Assembly (NCBI GenBank): GCA_943913625.1
Contig: CALTYW010000001.1
Coordinates: forward strand, 1-51,017
DNA: 51,017 nt
From: an uncultured Campylobacter sp.
GTDB lineage: Bacteria; Actinomycetota; Actinomycetes; Mycobacteriales; Mycobacteriaceae
Direction of reading: 5' to 3'
Shown here: positions 1-9,727 of the stretch, piece by piece
How the letters are laid out: each line of letters begins with the position of its first letter
Position numbering within the stretch: position 1 is the first letter of the stretch
Program-made: the position numbers and the translations under genes
Notes under the pieces: model-generated
Databases searched by the model: none
What the model was told of the DNA's origin: nothing
What the model saw: only the letters and a program-made list of their open reading frames with translations

Positions 1-3
1 TCG

Positions 4-318
4 GTGAAACTCCTTTCAGATCAGAGCCTCACACACAAACTTCCTGACACCCTCCTGCGCGCGGCGAACGAGGTCGACGGGTGGCGGCCGATCACCGTGA
101 TCGCCCACGACGGCACCCGCCTGATCTTCGAGACCGCCGACGGCGCCTTCGTCGTGTACAACCACGACGCGGACGCGCTCGACGAGGTGGTTGAGTTCCA
201 CCGCGGCTACCGCATGATGCGCGGGCCCGAGGTGCGCGGCGACGACGGCTACGTGCGGCGCTCGTCTTTGTGGGTGAGCTTCGAGCCGGTCGGGCCGTGC
301 CTGGCGGAGGACATCTGA
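4..318 (+). CDS. Host-side hypothetical protein outside the prophage (start uncertain)
   Basis: 104-aa ORF with GC-rich codon usage lying left of the att site. Confidence 0.45.
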   Translation: MKLLSDQSLTHKLPDTLLRAANEVDGWRPITVIAHDGTRLIFETADGAFVVYNHDADALDEVVEFHRGYRMMRGPEVRGDDGYVRRSSLWVSFEPVGPCLAEDI

Positions 319-374
319 CCGGTGCTGTGTGCTGGCCGGCTCGCAGCGGCGGGCTAGCTGGCTCGGGGCATGCG

Positions 375-400
375 AAAGGCGGGGTGTGAAAACCCCGCCT
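375..400 (-). terminator. Hairpin, probable host terminator downstream of tRNA-Gly
   Basis: AGGCGGGGT-gtgaaa-ACCCCGCCT stem next to the displaced tRNA 3' end. Confidence 0.6.
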
Positions 401-404
401 GAGC

Positions 405-452
405 TGGAGCCGGCGACGAGAATCGAACTCGCACTCTCAGCTTGGGAAGCTG
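405..452 (-). repeat. Left att core (duplicated 3' half of tRNA-Gly)
   Basis: TGGAGCCGGCGACGAGAATCGAACTCGCACTCTCAGCTTGGGAAGCTG, identical to 50964-51011. Confidence 0.97.
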
Positions 453-557
453 CGTTTCTGTGCTACCTTATGTTGCATATCGCGCTGTTTCCCCAGCTCG
501 CCGGTTGCTGCACAATGTTGCGGGGAGGAACCAAGTGACCTGGGGCGGAACGGGCGT

Positions 558-579
558 GTCCTGACTTTTGTCCTGACCT
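558..579 (+). promoter_or_regulatory. Integrase arm-type sites (tandem GTCCTGAC)
   Basis: GTCCTGACTTTTGTCCTGACCT; near-identical copy at 50908-50929. Confidence 0.75.
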
Positions 580-603
580 CCAACCCGAAAGACCACTACC
601 CCC

Positions 604-1821
604 ATGAGCGCCAACATCGGCAACATTCACTACCGCGAAAAAACCGGCCTATACGTCTTCACCGCCGACCTCGGAATCGGACCCGACGGCAAACGCCGCA
701 AACGCGAATACACCTCCAAGCGCAAGGACAAGCTCGTCGTCAAGCGCCGTGAAATCACCCGCCAGATCGCCACCGGAACCTACATCGCCGGCACCGTGCC
801 GACGGTGGGGCAGTGGTGGACACACTGGTGCGACGAGATAGCGGCGAAGCGGGTGCGCCCGAACGCGCTCGCGAACTACCGCTCGTATGGTCGCCGGCAT
901 GTCATCCCCGCTATCGGCCAGCGAAAACTCGACGCGCTCACAACCGACGATGTGCGCTACCTCCACAAGACGATGCGCGAGAGTGGTGTCAGCACCCGCA
1001 CCGTCGAAGCTGTCCACAACACGCTGCACAAGTGCCTGGACGACGCGGTGCGAGAAGACAAAGTCGCGATGAACGTGCTCGACAAGATGGACAAGCCCCG
1101 CGCCATCAGCCGCGAGCGTGAAGCGTTCACCGCCGCCGAGATGCGCGCCCTGGTCGCCACCATCGAGGGGGAGCCACCGATGTGGCGCGTCCGCTGGCTC
1201 ATGGCGCTACAGACAGGTGCGCGCCAGGGTGAGTGCTTGGGCCTGGAGTGGGAACGGGTGTTCCTCACGCCCGGCGCGGAAGCGGTGGACGTGTCGTGGC
1301 AGTTGCAGCGGGTGCCGTGGCGTCACGGGCGCGGCTGTGAGTGTGAGGCGGGTGTGTCTGCTGCGCGCTGCCATGTGCGTGAGCCTGATGCTGCGGAGGA
1401 TTTCGAGTTGCGCCCGTGCTACCTGGGTAGGTGGTTTCAGCGTCCGAAGACGGCGGCGTCGATTCGTGCCGTGCCGATCCAGGGGCGGCTGGTGGAGGCG
1501 TTTTGGGCGCTGCATGAGGAGCGGGCCGAGGTGCATGGCCAGGTGCGCGACGGTGATCTGGTGTTCTGTGACTTGCAGGGCAGGCCGTTGACGCCGCAGG
1601 CGGATAACCGGGCGTGGCATGAGCTGTGCGAGCGGGCGGGGGTGCGTGATGTGGATTTGCACTCGGCGCGCCACACGATGGTGTCGCTGATGCTGGAGGC
1701 TGGGGTAGACCCGGAGATTATCCGGCAGCTTGTGGGGCACTCGACGCTGGTGTCGACGCGGCATTATCTGCATGTGTCGCAGGATGCGGCGCGGAAAGCG
1801 TTGACTGCCTGGGGAGGGTAA
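604..1821 (+). CDS. int: Tyrosine integrase
   Basis: TGARQGE, LHSARH, LVGHS...TRHY catalytic motifs; N-terminal arm-binding region; Cys-rich insert. Confidence 0.95.
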   Translation: MSANIGNIHYREKTGLYVFTADLGIGPDGKRRKREYTSKRKDKLVVKRREITRQIATGTYIAGTVPTVGQWWTHWCDEIAAKRVRPNALANYRSYGRRHVIPAIGQRKLDALTTDDVRYLHKTMRESGVSTRTVEAVHNTLHKCLDDAVREDKVAMNVLDKMDKPRAISREREAFTAAEMRALVATIEGEPPMWRVRWLMALQTGARQGECLGLEWERVFLTPGAEAVDVSWQLQRVPWRHGRGCECEAGVSAARCHVREPDAAEDFELRPCYLGRWFQRPKTAASIRAVPIQGRLVEAFWALHEERAEVHGQVRDGDLVFCDLQGRPLTPQADNRAWHELCERAGVRDVDLHSARHTMVSLMLEAGVDPEIIRQLVGHSTLVSTRHYLHVSQDAARKALTAWGG

Positions 1822-2018
1822 TTTCGGAGGTGGCTTGGGGGACGCCGCCGATGATGTGCCAGGTCTGGATGAGCCAGGTTTGGCCGGTGGTGGCGAGGGG
1901 GTGGTTTCCGAACATTGCCCAGTCAGCTTGTACGGCTGTCTGTTCTATTTCGGTGAGGTGTTCGCCGGGGAGGGTGATGCCGCGTTGGGGGATGACGAGT
2001 AGGTCTGGTGGGCGCGTG

Positions 2019-2417
2019 TTATTCGCTTTCTGTGCTGCTTGGATACTTGAATTCATCTACGAGACTTTCGATTATGTCTTGCTGGTGTGGTGTCAGTGTA
2101 GTGATGTCGACGAATTTGACCCTAGCATTTACCGAACGGATTTTCGAAAGATCGGGCCAGCGATCTTTCGGCACCCTCCCAGCGTGGAGAACTTCAGCAG
2201 GTGGCAAGTTCAGCGTCACCGCGAGACGCACCGCAGTATCGCCGTCAAGCGTGAAAACGCTGCGCTCGTACCACTCGCCGCGCTCTAACTGGCCCACCCA
2301 GTGGCGCGACTTCCCCATCGCGGCACCGAGCTGCTGCTGCGTCATGCCCAGGGCAAGCCGCGCCTTTCTGACCATGTTCCCGAGCTTCAAATTCGGCTCA
2401 TAATTGCTGGCTTCCAT
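2019..2417 (-). CDS. XRE-family HTH immunity repressor
   Basis: VRKARLALGMTQQQLGAAMGKSRHWVGQLERG; divergent from the early operon. Confidence 0.85.
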   Translation of the reverse strand: MEASNYEPNLKLGNMVRKARLALGMTQQQLGAAMGKSRHWVGQLERGEWYERSVFTLDGDTAVRLAVTLNLPPAEVLHAGRVPKDRWPDLSKIRSVNARVKFVDITTLTPHQQDIIESLVDEFKYPSSTESE

Positions 2418-2425
2418 GCGGGGAA

Positions 2426-2521
2426 TGCTACCTAGTGCAGCAGTCGAGTAGCACGTCACAACCATGTAATTTCAGGGGGTAGGCAGCAGCATGTTGCACA
2501 TTAATGTTGCGTTAGGTAACA
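2426..2521. promoter_or_regulatory. Lysis/lysogeny switch region with 17-bp operator-like palindromes
   Basis: TGCTACCTAGTGCAGCA (2426-2442) and TGTTGCGTTAGGTAACA (2505-2521) in an AT-richer divergent intergenic region. Confidence 0.7.
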
Positions 2522-2621
2522 TAGGAACCATCAGGAACCGAGCGGAACAGAACGGAACCTGCACCACCACCAACCACCCCCTGGTGCTGCCACACCAGAT
2601 ACCCCCGAAAGCGAGAACACC

Positions 2622-2960
2622 ATGAGCACCCTCACCATCGACTGGAACGCACCCGTCACCAAAACCCGCCCCATCGGCGCAGGCAAGAGCGAATCATTCA
2701 TCGTCGTATTCACCGCTGACGAGCGCCCCTCCAACGGCGCGATCTGCCGCAACTACGCACAGCACCTCGGCGTCAACGGCCAGGGCCAAGACCTCTACGG
2801 CACCACCGTGAAGCTCATCGAGGACTACACGAACTTCGACAGCATCCCGAACATCCTGCGCGTCTCCTACGGTGACGGCCTGCGCCCGATCTTCGCGCAG
2901 CCGGTAGACCCCTCCGGTGTCACCCAGCCCGACGCGACCAAAGCCGTCAAATGGTTCTAG
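2622..2960 (+). CDS. Hypothetical early protein
   Basis: 112-aa ORF, first gene after the switch region. Confidence 0.7.
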   Translation: MSTLTIDWNAPVTKTRPIGAGKSESFIVVFTADERPSNGAICRNYAQHLGVNGQGQDLYGTTVKLIEDYTNFDSIPNILRVSYGDGLRPIFAQPVDPSGVTQPDATKAVKWF

Positions 2961-3078
2961 AACGATAGCCCGACGAGCAGGCGGGGGAGTGCAAGCCTCC
3001 CCACGGGTACTGGGGCGACACGGCCCACCACGACCGCTGCCACGGTCACCCGCCAACCACATGGAAAAGGAGAGCACC

Positions 3079-3501
3079 ATGAAAACCATCGACAGCCGCA
3101 CGATGCGAACCATCCTCCAGGAGACAACCAGCAACGAAGAGCTGCGCGCCCGCCTGGAAGACTTCGCAGAGTTCGAAAGCGTCGACAAGAAGCAGCGCGA
3201 ATTCGTCGAGCGAATCACCAACCTTGACCGCTGCCTGTCGACTGTCGCAGGCGTTAAACCGTCGAAAATTGACCCGACCATCAGCTCCTATTTCCCTGGC
3301 CAAGGAGACAGCCTGGAATACAAGATCGGCGGGTATCTCGCGTCCATCTTCGGCAGCGCGGAACACCAGACAGTGATGTGTGTCGAAGTGCGCCGCGGCC
3401 AGTACAATCCGGAGCTTGCGTCTTTCAGGGCATACGAAATCGCCCCTGAAAAAGTTGCTGAACTCGTCGTCAACTGCATCGACACCCTCAAGCGCAAGTA
3501 G
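3079..3501 (+). CDS. Hypothetical protein
   Basis: AAGGAG SD before MKTIDS. Confidence 0.7.
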   Translation: MKTIDSRTMRTILQETTSNEELRARLEDFAEFESVDKKQREFVERITNLDRCLSTVAGVKPSKIDPTISSYFPGQGDSLEYKIGGYLASIFGSAEHQTVMCVEVRRGQYNPELASFRAYEIAPEKVAELVVNCIDTLKRK

Positions 3502-3520
3502 CGAACTGGAGGACAGAATA

Positions 3521-3706
3521 ATGCCAGAAAAGGACTACCTCACCGTCGAAGAAGTTGCGCACGTCACCGGCTTCTCCGACCGCTTCATCAGAAACCACAT
3601 CCGCGCCGGCAACCTCGCCGCGTTGAAGATCGGACGGACGTACCGCATCCGCCGTCCCGAAGTTCACGAGTTCATGGAATTCCTCGCGGACACCACCGCC
3701 GCATAA
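3521..3706 (+). CDS. Excisionase-like HTH DNA-binding protein
   Basis: YLTVEEVAHVTGFSDRFIRNHIRAGNLAALKIGRTYRI; GGAGG SD. Confidence 0.85.
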   Translation: MPEKDYLTVEEVAHVTGFSDRFIRNHIRAGNLAALKIGRTYRIRRPEVHEFMEFLADTTAA

Positions 3707-3804
3707 GCGAGTGGCCACCGCGACGCCGGGACTGCCATCCCGATAAGCGCGCCGAAGTGACCACTCAAATGCACATGTACCCACCAACCACGATGGAGAA
3801 CACA

Positions 3805-4815
3805 ATGCACCATCACCCTAACACCGTCGAGCTGTTGCCCGAAACGTCCGACCGCAACGCCTGGCTCGAGCAGCGACGCCACGGCATCGGCTCAAGCGAC
3901 GCCAGCATCATCATGGGCCTGTCCACCTACGAATCCCCCTACACGCTGTGGGAGCAGAAGACCGGGCGCGCCCCGCTCGACCCGCCCGTCGACCGCGACA
4001 CCGAAGAGCTACGCGAGTGGGGCAACCGCCTAGAGCCGGTGATCCGCGCCGCTGTTGGGGAAGAACTCGGCCTGGACATCGTCAAAGAGGACCGCGCTTG
4101 GGCCAACAAGGAACGCCCGTGGCTGCGCGCCAACCTCGACGGCATCGTCGCCGGCCAGGAAATCGTCTTCGAGTTCAAGAACACGTCCTCGTTTATGCGT
4201 CCGCAGTGGGAAGACCAAATCCCCGACCACGCCGAAATCCAGGTGCACCACACCGGGCTTGTGTGCGGGTGGACGGACGCTGTCGTTGCCGGCCTGATCG
4301 GGGGGAATCACCTCGCGATCCACCGCCTGGAGCTGAACCCGAACATTCTGGAGATGATGCTGACCGCCGAAGAGAAGTTTTGGCAGCACGTCCAGGACGA
4401 CACGGCCCCCGATGTGGACTGGCACGAGCGCACCAAAGACGCACTGCTCACCGAGTGGCGTCAGACCCGCACCATCGGCACCCAAGAGGTATCCGAGCAG
4501 GACGCCCGCAAGTGGGTGGAGCAGTACCACGCCGCGCACGCCGCCTACAAGGACGCCGAGAAACGCAAGGCTGAAGCCACCAACAACCTGTTGAAGCTCA
4601 TGGCAGGCCACGATCAGATCGCCACCGGAGACACCATTTGGGCGAAGACGAAGCGCGGGAAGCTCAACGCGAAGAAGCTCAGCGCGGACAAGCCCGAGCT
4701 GTACGCGAAGTATCTCACCGCCCGCGCCCTCGATACCGACCGGCTCAAGGACGAGCACCCGGACGTGTACGCCGACTACCAGACCATCAGTGTGGCACCG
4801 CAGAAGATCGCCTAA
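3805..4815 (+). CDS. YqaJ/RecE-like exonuclease
   Basis: WLEQRRHGIGSSD, GNRLEP, ANLDG, EFKN motifs; upstream of RecT. Confidence 0.92.
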   Translation: MHHHPNTVELLPETSDRNAWLEQRRHGIGSSDASIIMGLSTYESPYTLWEQKTGRAPLDPPVDRDTEELREWGNRLEPVIRAAVGEELGLDIVKEDRAWANKERPWLRANLDGIVAGQEIVFEFKNTSSFMRPQWEDQIPDHAEIQVHHTGLVCGWTDAVVAGLIGGNHLAIHRLELNPNILEMMLTAEEKFWQHVQDDTAPDVDWHERTKDALLTEWRQTRTIGTQEVSEQDARKWVEQYHAAHAAYKDAEKRKAEATNNLLKLMAGHDQIATGDTIWAKTKRGKLNAKKLSADKPELYAKYLTARALDTDRLKDEHPDVYADYQTISVAPQKIA

Positions 4816-4866
4816 ACCACACAACTCCACACAGACCACACAACCTCACATAAGGAGAACCCGAAA

Positions 4867-5712
4867 ATGGCACGAGACCTCGAAGCACGCATGGCCCAGA
4901 ACAACGCCCCCGCCCAGCAGCGCACCGCGAACATCGCAGACCAAATCCGCTCGATGGAGCAGCAGTTCGCAATGGCCGCGCCCAAGGGCATGGAAGCAAC
5001 CCAGCTCGTCCGCGACGCGCTCACTTGCCTGCGCCAGACCCCGAAGCTCGCCCAGTGCACCCCGCAGTCGGTGCTCGGCTCGCTCATGACCTGCGCCCAG
5101 CTGGGCCTGCGCCCCGGCGTGCTGGGCCACGCCTACCTGTTGCCGTTCTGGGATAAGCGCGCTGGCGGCCAGGTCGCGCAGCTCGTGATCGGCTACCAGG
5201 GGCTGATCGAGCTGGCGCACCGCTCCGGCCAGATCCAATCCCTGATCGCCCGCACCGTGTACGAAAACGACGTGTTCGATGTGGACTACGGCCTGGAAGA
5301 CAAGCTCGTCCACAAGCCCTACATGGGCGGGGATAAGGGCAACCCGGTCGCCTACTACGCCGTCGCGAAGTTCGTAACCGGCGGTCACGCGTTCTACGTC
5401 ATGTCGCACCAGGAAATGCTTGCCTACCGCGACGAACACGCCAAGGCCCGCAACCGCCAAGGCCAGGTATTCGGCCCGTGGGTCGACAATTTCGAAGCCA
5501 TGGCCCACAAGACGTGTGTGCGTCAGCTGTCGAAGTGGATGCCGAAGTCAACGGAGTTGGCGACGGCTATCGCTGCGGACGAGACGATCCGTGTCGACCT
5601 TGCACCAGACGCGATCAACTACGGCGAGCACCCGCAAGGCGACAACGACGCCCCGGAGCACGTCGACGGGGAAGTCGTCGACGAGCCGGAGCAGGAACCG
5701 GCCACCGCGTAA
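4867..5712 (+). CDS. recT: RecT-family ssDNA annealing protein
   Basis: CAQLGLRPG, AYLLPF, IGYQGLIELAHRSG, MAHKT motifs. Confidence 0.93.
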   Translation: MARDLEARMAQNNAPAQQRTANIADQIRSMEQQFAMAAPKGMEATQLVRDALTCLRQTPKLAQCTPQSVLGSLMTCAQLGLRPGVLGHAYLLPFWDKRAGGQVAQLVIGYQGLIELAHRSGQIQSLIARTVYENDVFDVDYGLEDKLVHKPYMGGDKGNPVAYYAVAKFVTGGHAFYVMSHQEMLAYRDEHAKARNRQGQVFGPWVDNFEAMAHKTCVRQLSKWMPKSTELATAIAADETIRVDLAPDAINYGEHPQGDNDAPEHVDGEVVDEPEQEPATA

Positions 5713-5808
5713 GCGCCACCACCACCGGGGCGGGGCATCCGGTTATCACACCCCACACCCGGCGCGCCTGCCAGCGCGCCACCAACCCACCAACCCCGAA
5801 AGAACGCA

Positions 5809-6636
5809 ATGACCACACGTAAATGCAAGCACCCCAGCTGCCCGAACCGCACCCGCCGCCTGGACGGGTGGTGCAGCGACTGCGCATTCCTCGTCGGCAC
5901 CCGCGAACCGTCCACCGACGCCGGCGAAGCCCGCGACCTCCTCGATCAGCTCTACCGCCAAGGCTGGACACGCGACGCAATCGCCACCCAAACCGGCCTG
6001 ACCACCAAAGCTCTGTGTGCAATCCGCCACGGCAAAACCACCACCGCGCAACCGCGCACCATCACCCTGCTGCGCAGCCTGATCGACACTGACCCCATCG
6101 AACACATCGACCTGCGCCCCGCCTGGCCCTACATGCGCCGCCTGCGCGCACTCCAAGCAGCCGGACACCCCCAGGAAGATATTGCCGCACGCGCCGGACT
6201 ATCGACATCGATGCTGTCGAAGATCACGCTCGGCAAAGCCCAGGACGTCACACGCCGCACCGCCCAGGCCATCGAACGGGCGTGGCGTGACCTCGCCGGC
6301 CAACCCGTGGCAGGCCCGCCCACGAAGCTCGCGGCCCGGATGATGTGGGAACCGCCGATGGGGTGGGACGACATCGACGACCCGGACGAGCAGCACCCCG
6401 CGCCGTTGCTGTACATCCCGCTCTCGGCGGGGGAGCGACGCCACGCCCGCACGATCCTCGACACCTACCCGGCGCGCTCGTGGCCGTACGAAATCGGGCG
6501 TGAGTCCCTCGTGGACATTGCCAGGGGGAAGCGCAACGCGTCGCACCCCGCCACCATTGATCTGCTGTACGCCGAGAGTGAGCGTATCCGCACCGCGAGG
6601 CGCGACCGGGCAGGTGAGCGCCGTGCAGCAGCTTGA
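5809..6636 (+). CDS. DNA-binding protein with Cys motif and two HTHs
   Basis: N-terminal CKHPSC..CSDC; TRDAIATQTGL and QEDIAARAGLS. Confidence 0.7.
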   Translation: MTTRKCKHPSCPNRTRRLDGWCSDCAFLVGTREPSTDAGEARDLLDQLYRQGWTRDAIATQTGLTTKALCAIRHGKTTTAQPRTITLLRSLIDTDPIEHIDLRPAWPYMRRLRALQAAGHPQEDIAARAGLSTSMLSKITLGKAQDVTRRTAQAIERAWRDLAGQPVAGPPTKLAARMMWEPPMGWDDIDDPDEQHPAPLLYIPLSAGERRHARTILDTYPARSWPYEIGRESLVDIARGKRNASHPATIDLLYAESERIRTARRDRAGERRAAA

Positions 6637-6961
6637 ATTTGACCTCGGCGGCCTGGACGTGCGCGATGTGGCCTACTACGCCGAAATCGCGATCCACCGG
6701 GGGTGGGACGCCGCAGCACAGCAAGTGATGGGCGCGCTCGCTCGTAGTGGCCGGCCTTTTACCTCCGATGATTTTCGCCGCCTGATGGCTGACGCGCCCG
6801 AGCCGCACCACCCGAACGTGATCGGCTCGTTCTTCCGCCGCGCCCGCGCCGACGGACTTATCAAACCCACCGGCAGGTTCAGGTGCGCCACCACCGCCAG
6901 TCGCCACGGAGCCGCAATCCGCGAATGGGTAGGCACCACGCCGGACACCCGCGCCGCATAG
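6623..6961 (+). CDS. Hypothetical phage protein
   Basis: ORF overlapping the upstream stop; FTSDD...HPNVIGS. Confidence 0.6.
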   Translation: MQQLEFDLGGLDVRDVAYYAEIAIHRGWDAAAQQVMGALARSGRPFTSDDFRRLMADAPEPHHPNVIGSFFRRARADGLIKPTGRFRCATTASRHGAAIREWVGTTPDTRAA

Positions 6962-7010
6962 CCACTGTCACGTTTGTAATTACGACCACCAGATTCACGA
7001 GGAACATCGA

Positions 7011-7820
7011 ATGCGAATTAGGTCAATCAAGCCAGAGTTCTGGCGCTCACCCGACATCTCGAACCTGGAGATCGAAGACCGACTGCTGTTCATCGGGCTG
7101 TGGTCGTACGTCGACGACAACGGCGTCGGCCAAGATCGGGTCAGTCTCGTGGCCGCTGATCTGTTCGCCGATGATCTTTCGCGAGACCCTCGCGAGACTC
7201 TCGCGAGGGTTACCGGAGGTCTCGCGAGACTTTCCGAAGCGGGCCGAATCGAGCGCTACACCGTCGACGGGCGCGACTACCTCGCCGTGACCAACTGGAC
7301 GAAGCACCAGCGCATCGACAAGCCCAACAAGCCCCGCTATCCGCTGCCTACCAGCGAAAACGCCATCATTCGCGAGACAGTCGCGACACCCTCGCGAGAT
7401 ACTCGCGACACCCTCGCGACAGTTCCGCGCCTGGAACAGGGGAACAGAGGAACAGGGGAGCAGGGGAGCAGGGGAGCAGACACCCCACCCGACGAAGACC
7501 ACGACGACCTGGACGCGCTCGCTGACGCTCACGCCCAGGAGGTCAACTCCCCAGTCGCGCCGGGCGTGTACGGCACCCCGGAGGAACCCCGCTGTCGACG
7601 CCACGCCGGAAGCCCCGACCCACCCCACTGCGGAGGATGCGGCAAAGCCCGCCGCTGGTTCGAAAAACGCGAAGCCGAAGCCCAGGCCGAAGCCGAACGG
7701 CAACGCGCCGCAGAACGCGCCAGAGCCGACGCCTGCCCCTACTGCGAGGGCGGGTGGCGCAAAGGCACCAACCCCGCCCAGCGCTGCACCCACGATCCCG
7801 CCAAGGAGGACGCCGCATGA
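7011..7820 (+). CDS. Replication initiator-like protein
   Basis: MRIRSIKPEFW N-terminus typical of phage replication proteins; internal iterons; C-terminal Cys pairs. Confidence 0.8.
   Translation: MRIRSIKPEFWRSPDISNLEIEDRLLFIGLWSYVDDNGVGQDRVSLVAADLFADDLSRDPRETLARVTGGLARLSEAGRIERYTVDGRDYLAVTNWTKHQRIDKPNKPRYPLPTSENAIIRETVATPSRDTRDTLATVPRLEQGNRGTGEQGSRGADTPPDEDHDDLDALADAHAQEVNSPVAPGVYGTPEEPRCRRHAGSPDPPHCGGCGKARRWFEKREAEAQAEAERQRAAERARADACPYCEGGWRKGTNPAQRCTHDPAKEDAA
7179..7479. repeat. Putative origin: TCGCGA iterons at 11-bp spacing plus a purine-rich repeat
   Basis: TCGCGA at 7179, 7190, 7201, 7222 and 7370, 7381, 7392, 7403, 7414; GGARCAGRG-type repeats at about 7433-7479. Confidence 0.75.
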
Positions 7821-8446
7821 GCCGAACCTACCGCGTCATGCCCCCCGAACTCTGGTCACGACCCGCATTCCGCGACCTCGACCACACCGCCCAACTCGTC
7901 TACCTGATGCTGTGGACACACCCCACGCTCACAACCGCCGGCACGCTCGATTACCACCCGGCGCGCCTGGCGGCACTGTCCGCCGACCTCGACCCCGTCA
8001 CCATCGACGAGACCATCACCACCCTGGAAGACGCCGACCTCGTCGCCTGCGACCGCGACACCGGCGAGCTCGCGATCCTCGCCTGGTGGGAAGACACCAC
8101 CGTGCTCCGCCAGCCCGACGTCGCGAAGAACGCCATCCGAAAGCTGCACGATGTTGCATCAGGCAGCATCCACCAAGCCATCGCGAACACCCTCCACCGG
8201 CTCAACACGCCCCCCGTACCAGCGGGACTCACCACCGAAACAGCTCTCCAGCACCTCGCCAATCACCCGCCTGCGCACCACCAGCAACACCAAGCGGTAG
8301 AGAAGCTGCCGGAGAGTGTGTGGCCTGGCCATCCGTTTACGGTGGATGATCCGGCGGATGCGCGGTGTGCGGTGCATGCGGGGCAGGTGCGGGTGGTGGG
8401 TTGTGGTGCGTGTGCTGCTGCTGGGCGGTTGGTGGGGGATAGGTAG
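7817..8446 (+). CDS. Second replication-initiator-like protein
   Basis: LWSRPAFRDLDHTAQLVYLMLW resembles the N-terminus of the previous gene; C-terminal RCAVH...CGAC. Confidence 0.6.
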   Translation: MSRTYRVMPPELWSRPAFRDLDHTAQLVYLMLWTHPTLTTAGTLDYHPARLAALSADLDPVTIDETITTLEDADLVACDRDTGELAILAWWEDTTVLRQPDVAKNAIRKLHDVASGSIHQAIANTLHRLNTPPVPAGLTTETALQHLANHPPAHHQQHQAVEKLPESVWPGHPFTVDDPADARCAVHAGQVRVVGCGACAAAGRLVGDR

Positions 8447-8561
8447 CAGAATGTTGCGTGTTGGTGTTGTGTTAGGTAGCACGGCGCGCTAAGCTAGGAA
8501 TCACCAACGAGGAACCGGCTGCCACCGGAACCACACCCACCAACCACATGAGGAGAAAATC

Positions 8562-8855
8562 ATGCGCCCCAGCTTCCGCCCCACCTATGGCCGCGAGTAC
8601 GCCGGCTTCTTCACCGCCCGCACCACCGTCCCCGCCGACGGCCTGACCGCTGACCTTGAAGCGCTGGCCATCGAAGAGGTTGACGGCCCGGACGGTGAGA
8701 CCCTGGTCGTGCTGGAGGACAGCGTCGACTACGACGAGCCGGTCACCTACGAGCAGCTGGTCGACTACTTCCGCGACATCCTGCCGACCGCCGAGTGGGA
8801 AATCGTCGACGAGTGCGACGACACCGTCGCCACCATCACCCCGCAGCTGGTGTAG
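8562..8855 (+). CDS. Small acidic hypothetical protein
   Basis: AGGAG SD; D/E-rich; follows an operator-containing intergenic region. Confidence 0.75.
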   Translation: MRPSFRPTYGREYAGFFTARTTVPADGLTADLEALAIEEVDGPDGETLVVLEDSVDYDEPVTYEQLVDYFRDILPTAEWEIVDECDDTVATITPQLV

Positions 8856-9175
8856 CCGTGGGCACCCGCCTGGCCTTTGTGCTGCTGGCGGTGCTGGTGG
8901 TCGCCCTGGCGATCTGCACTCGCCTGCTTGTGGCTGCCGGCACCGCGACGATGCTGCCGCTGTTGCTGATCGGTGTCGCGCCGACAGCGCTGTACCTGAT
9001 GAACACCCCGAACCGCCCCCGCGGATAGGAGCCGAGTTTCCATGCCTGACTTTCTCGCCGTTTTCGTTGCTGATCCGACGCTCGTCCAGGTGGCGGTGCA
9101 CGCCGCGCTCGATGTGTGCTGGCCGATCCTCCCACCCGACACCCTGACCGCCCTCGCCTACGTCTAGGAGAACCA

Positions 9176-9403
9176 ATGTCCAAGATCGTCAACCTGACCA
9201 ACGGTCACCCGAAGCCGAACACGGACGGCTACTGGCACACCGAAAACACCATGACCATCGTCCAGCCAGGGCCGACGGTGGAAGTCGCGTTCTACGCCAA
9301 AGGCGTCAACAGCTACGTGAAGCTCACACCCGCAGAAGCCGCCGAACTTGGCGCGAACCTCACCGCAGCATCAGCCAAAGCCACCGGAAAGGACACCCGC
9401 TAA
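9176..9403 (+). CDS. Hypothetical protein
   Basis: AGGAG SD before MSKIVN. Confidence 0.6.
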   Translation: MSKIVNLTNGHPKPNTDGYWHTENTMTIVQPGPTVEVAFYAKGVNSYVKLTPAEAAELGANLTAASAKATGKDTR

Positions 9404-9597
9404 TGGATCATATCGACGTAGAAGTCGCCCAGGATCCCTACCACATCGCGCCTATCATGCTCTACCTCCGCGACGGGCGCACATCATCCGCCGCGCACCT
9501 GACCACGACCGAAGCAGAGTCCCTCTTCAACGAACTCTCCACCGCCATTTCCGAGCGCCAGCGGATCGAAGCCGAGCACGCACAGGAGACCGGCTAA
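9403..9597 (+). CDS. Hypothetical protein
   Basis: TAATG coupling with the upstream gene. Confidence 0.6.
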   Translation: MDHIDVEVAQDPYHIAPIMLYLRDGRTSSAAHLTTTEAESLFNELSTAISERQRIEAEHAQETG

Positions 9598-9727
9598 TGG
9601 CCGCGCCGTGCAACGACCCGGACTGCCCCGGCTGGCAACCCGTAGCCGGCTTCACCCAGGAACAGCTTGACCGGCTAGGCGCGACCGAAGTCTTCGTCCA
9701 CCTCAACCACGAACAGGAACCCAAGTA

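Noticed and set aside
405..452. Second functional tRNA-Gly
   Set aside because: Only the 3' half is present; it is the att duplication
455..464. Short GTTTCTGTGC match between spacer 2 and the sequence next to the left att
   Set aside because: About 10 nt is too short to exceed chance
1718..2056. Minus-strand 112-aa ORF between repressor and integrase
   Set aside because: Overlaps both neighbours and has no recognisable motif; cannot be supported, though not excluded
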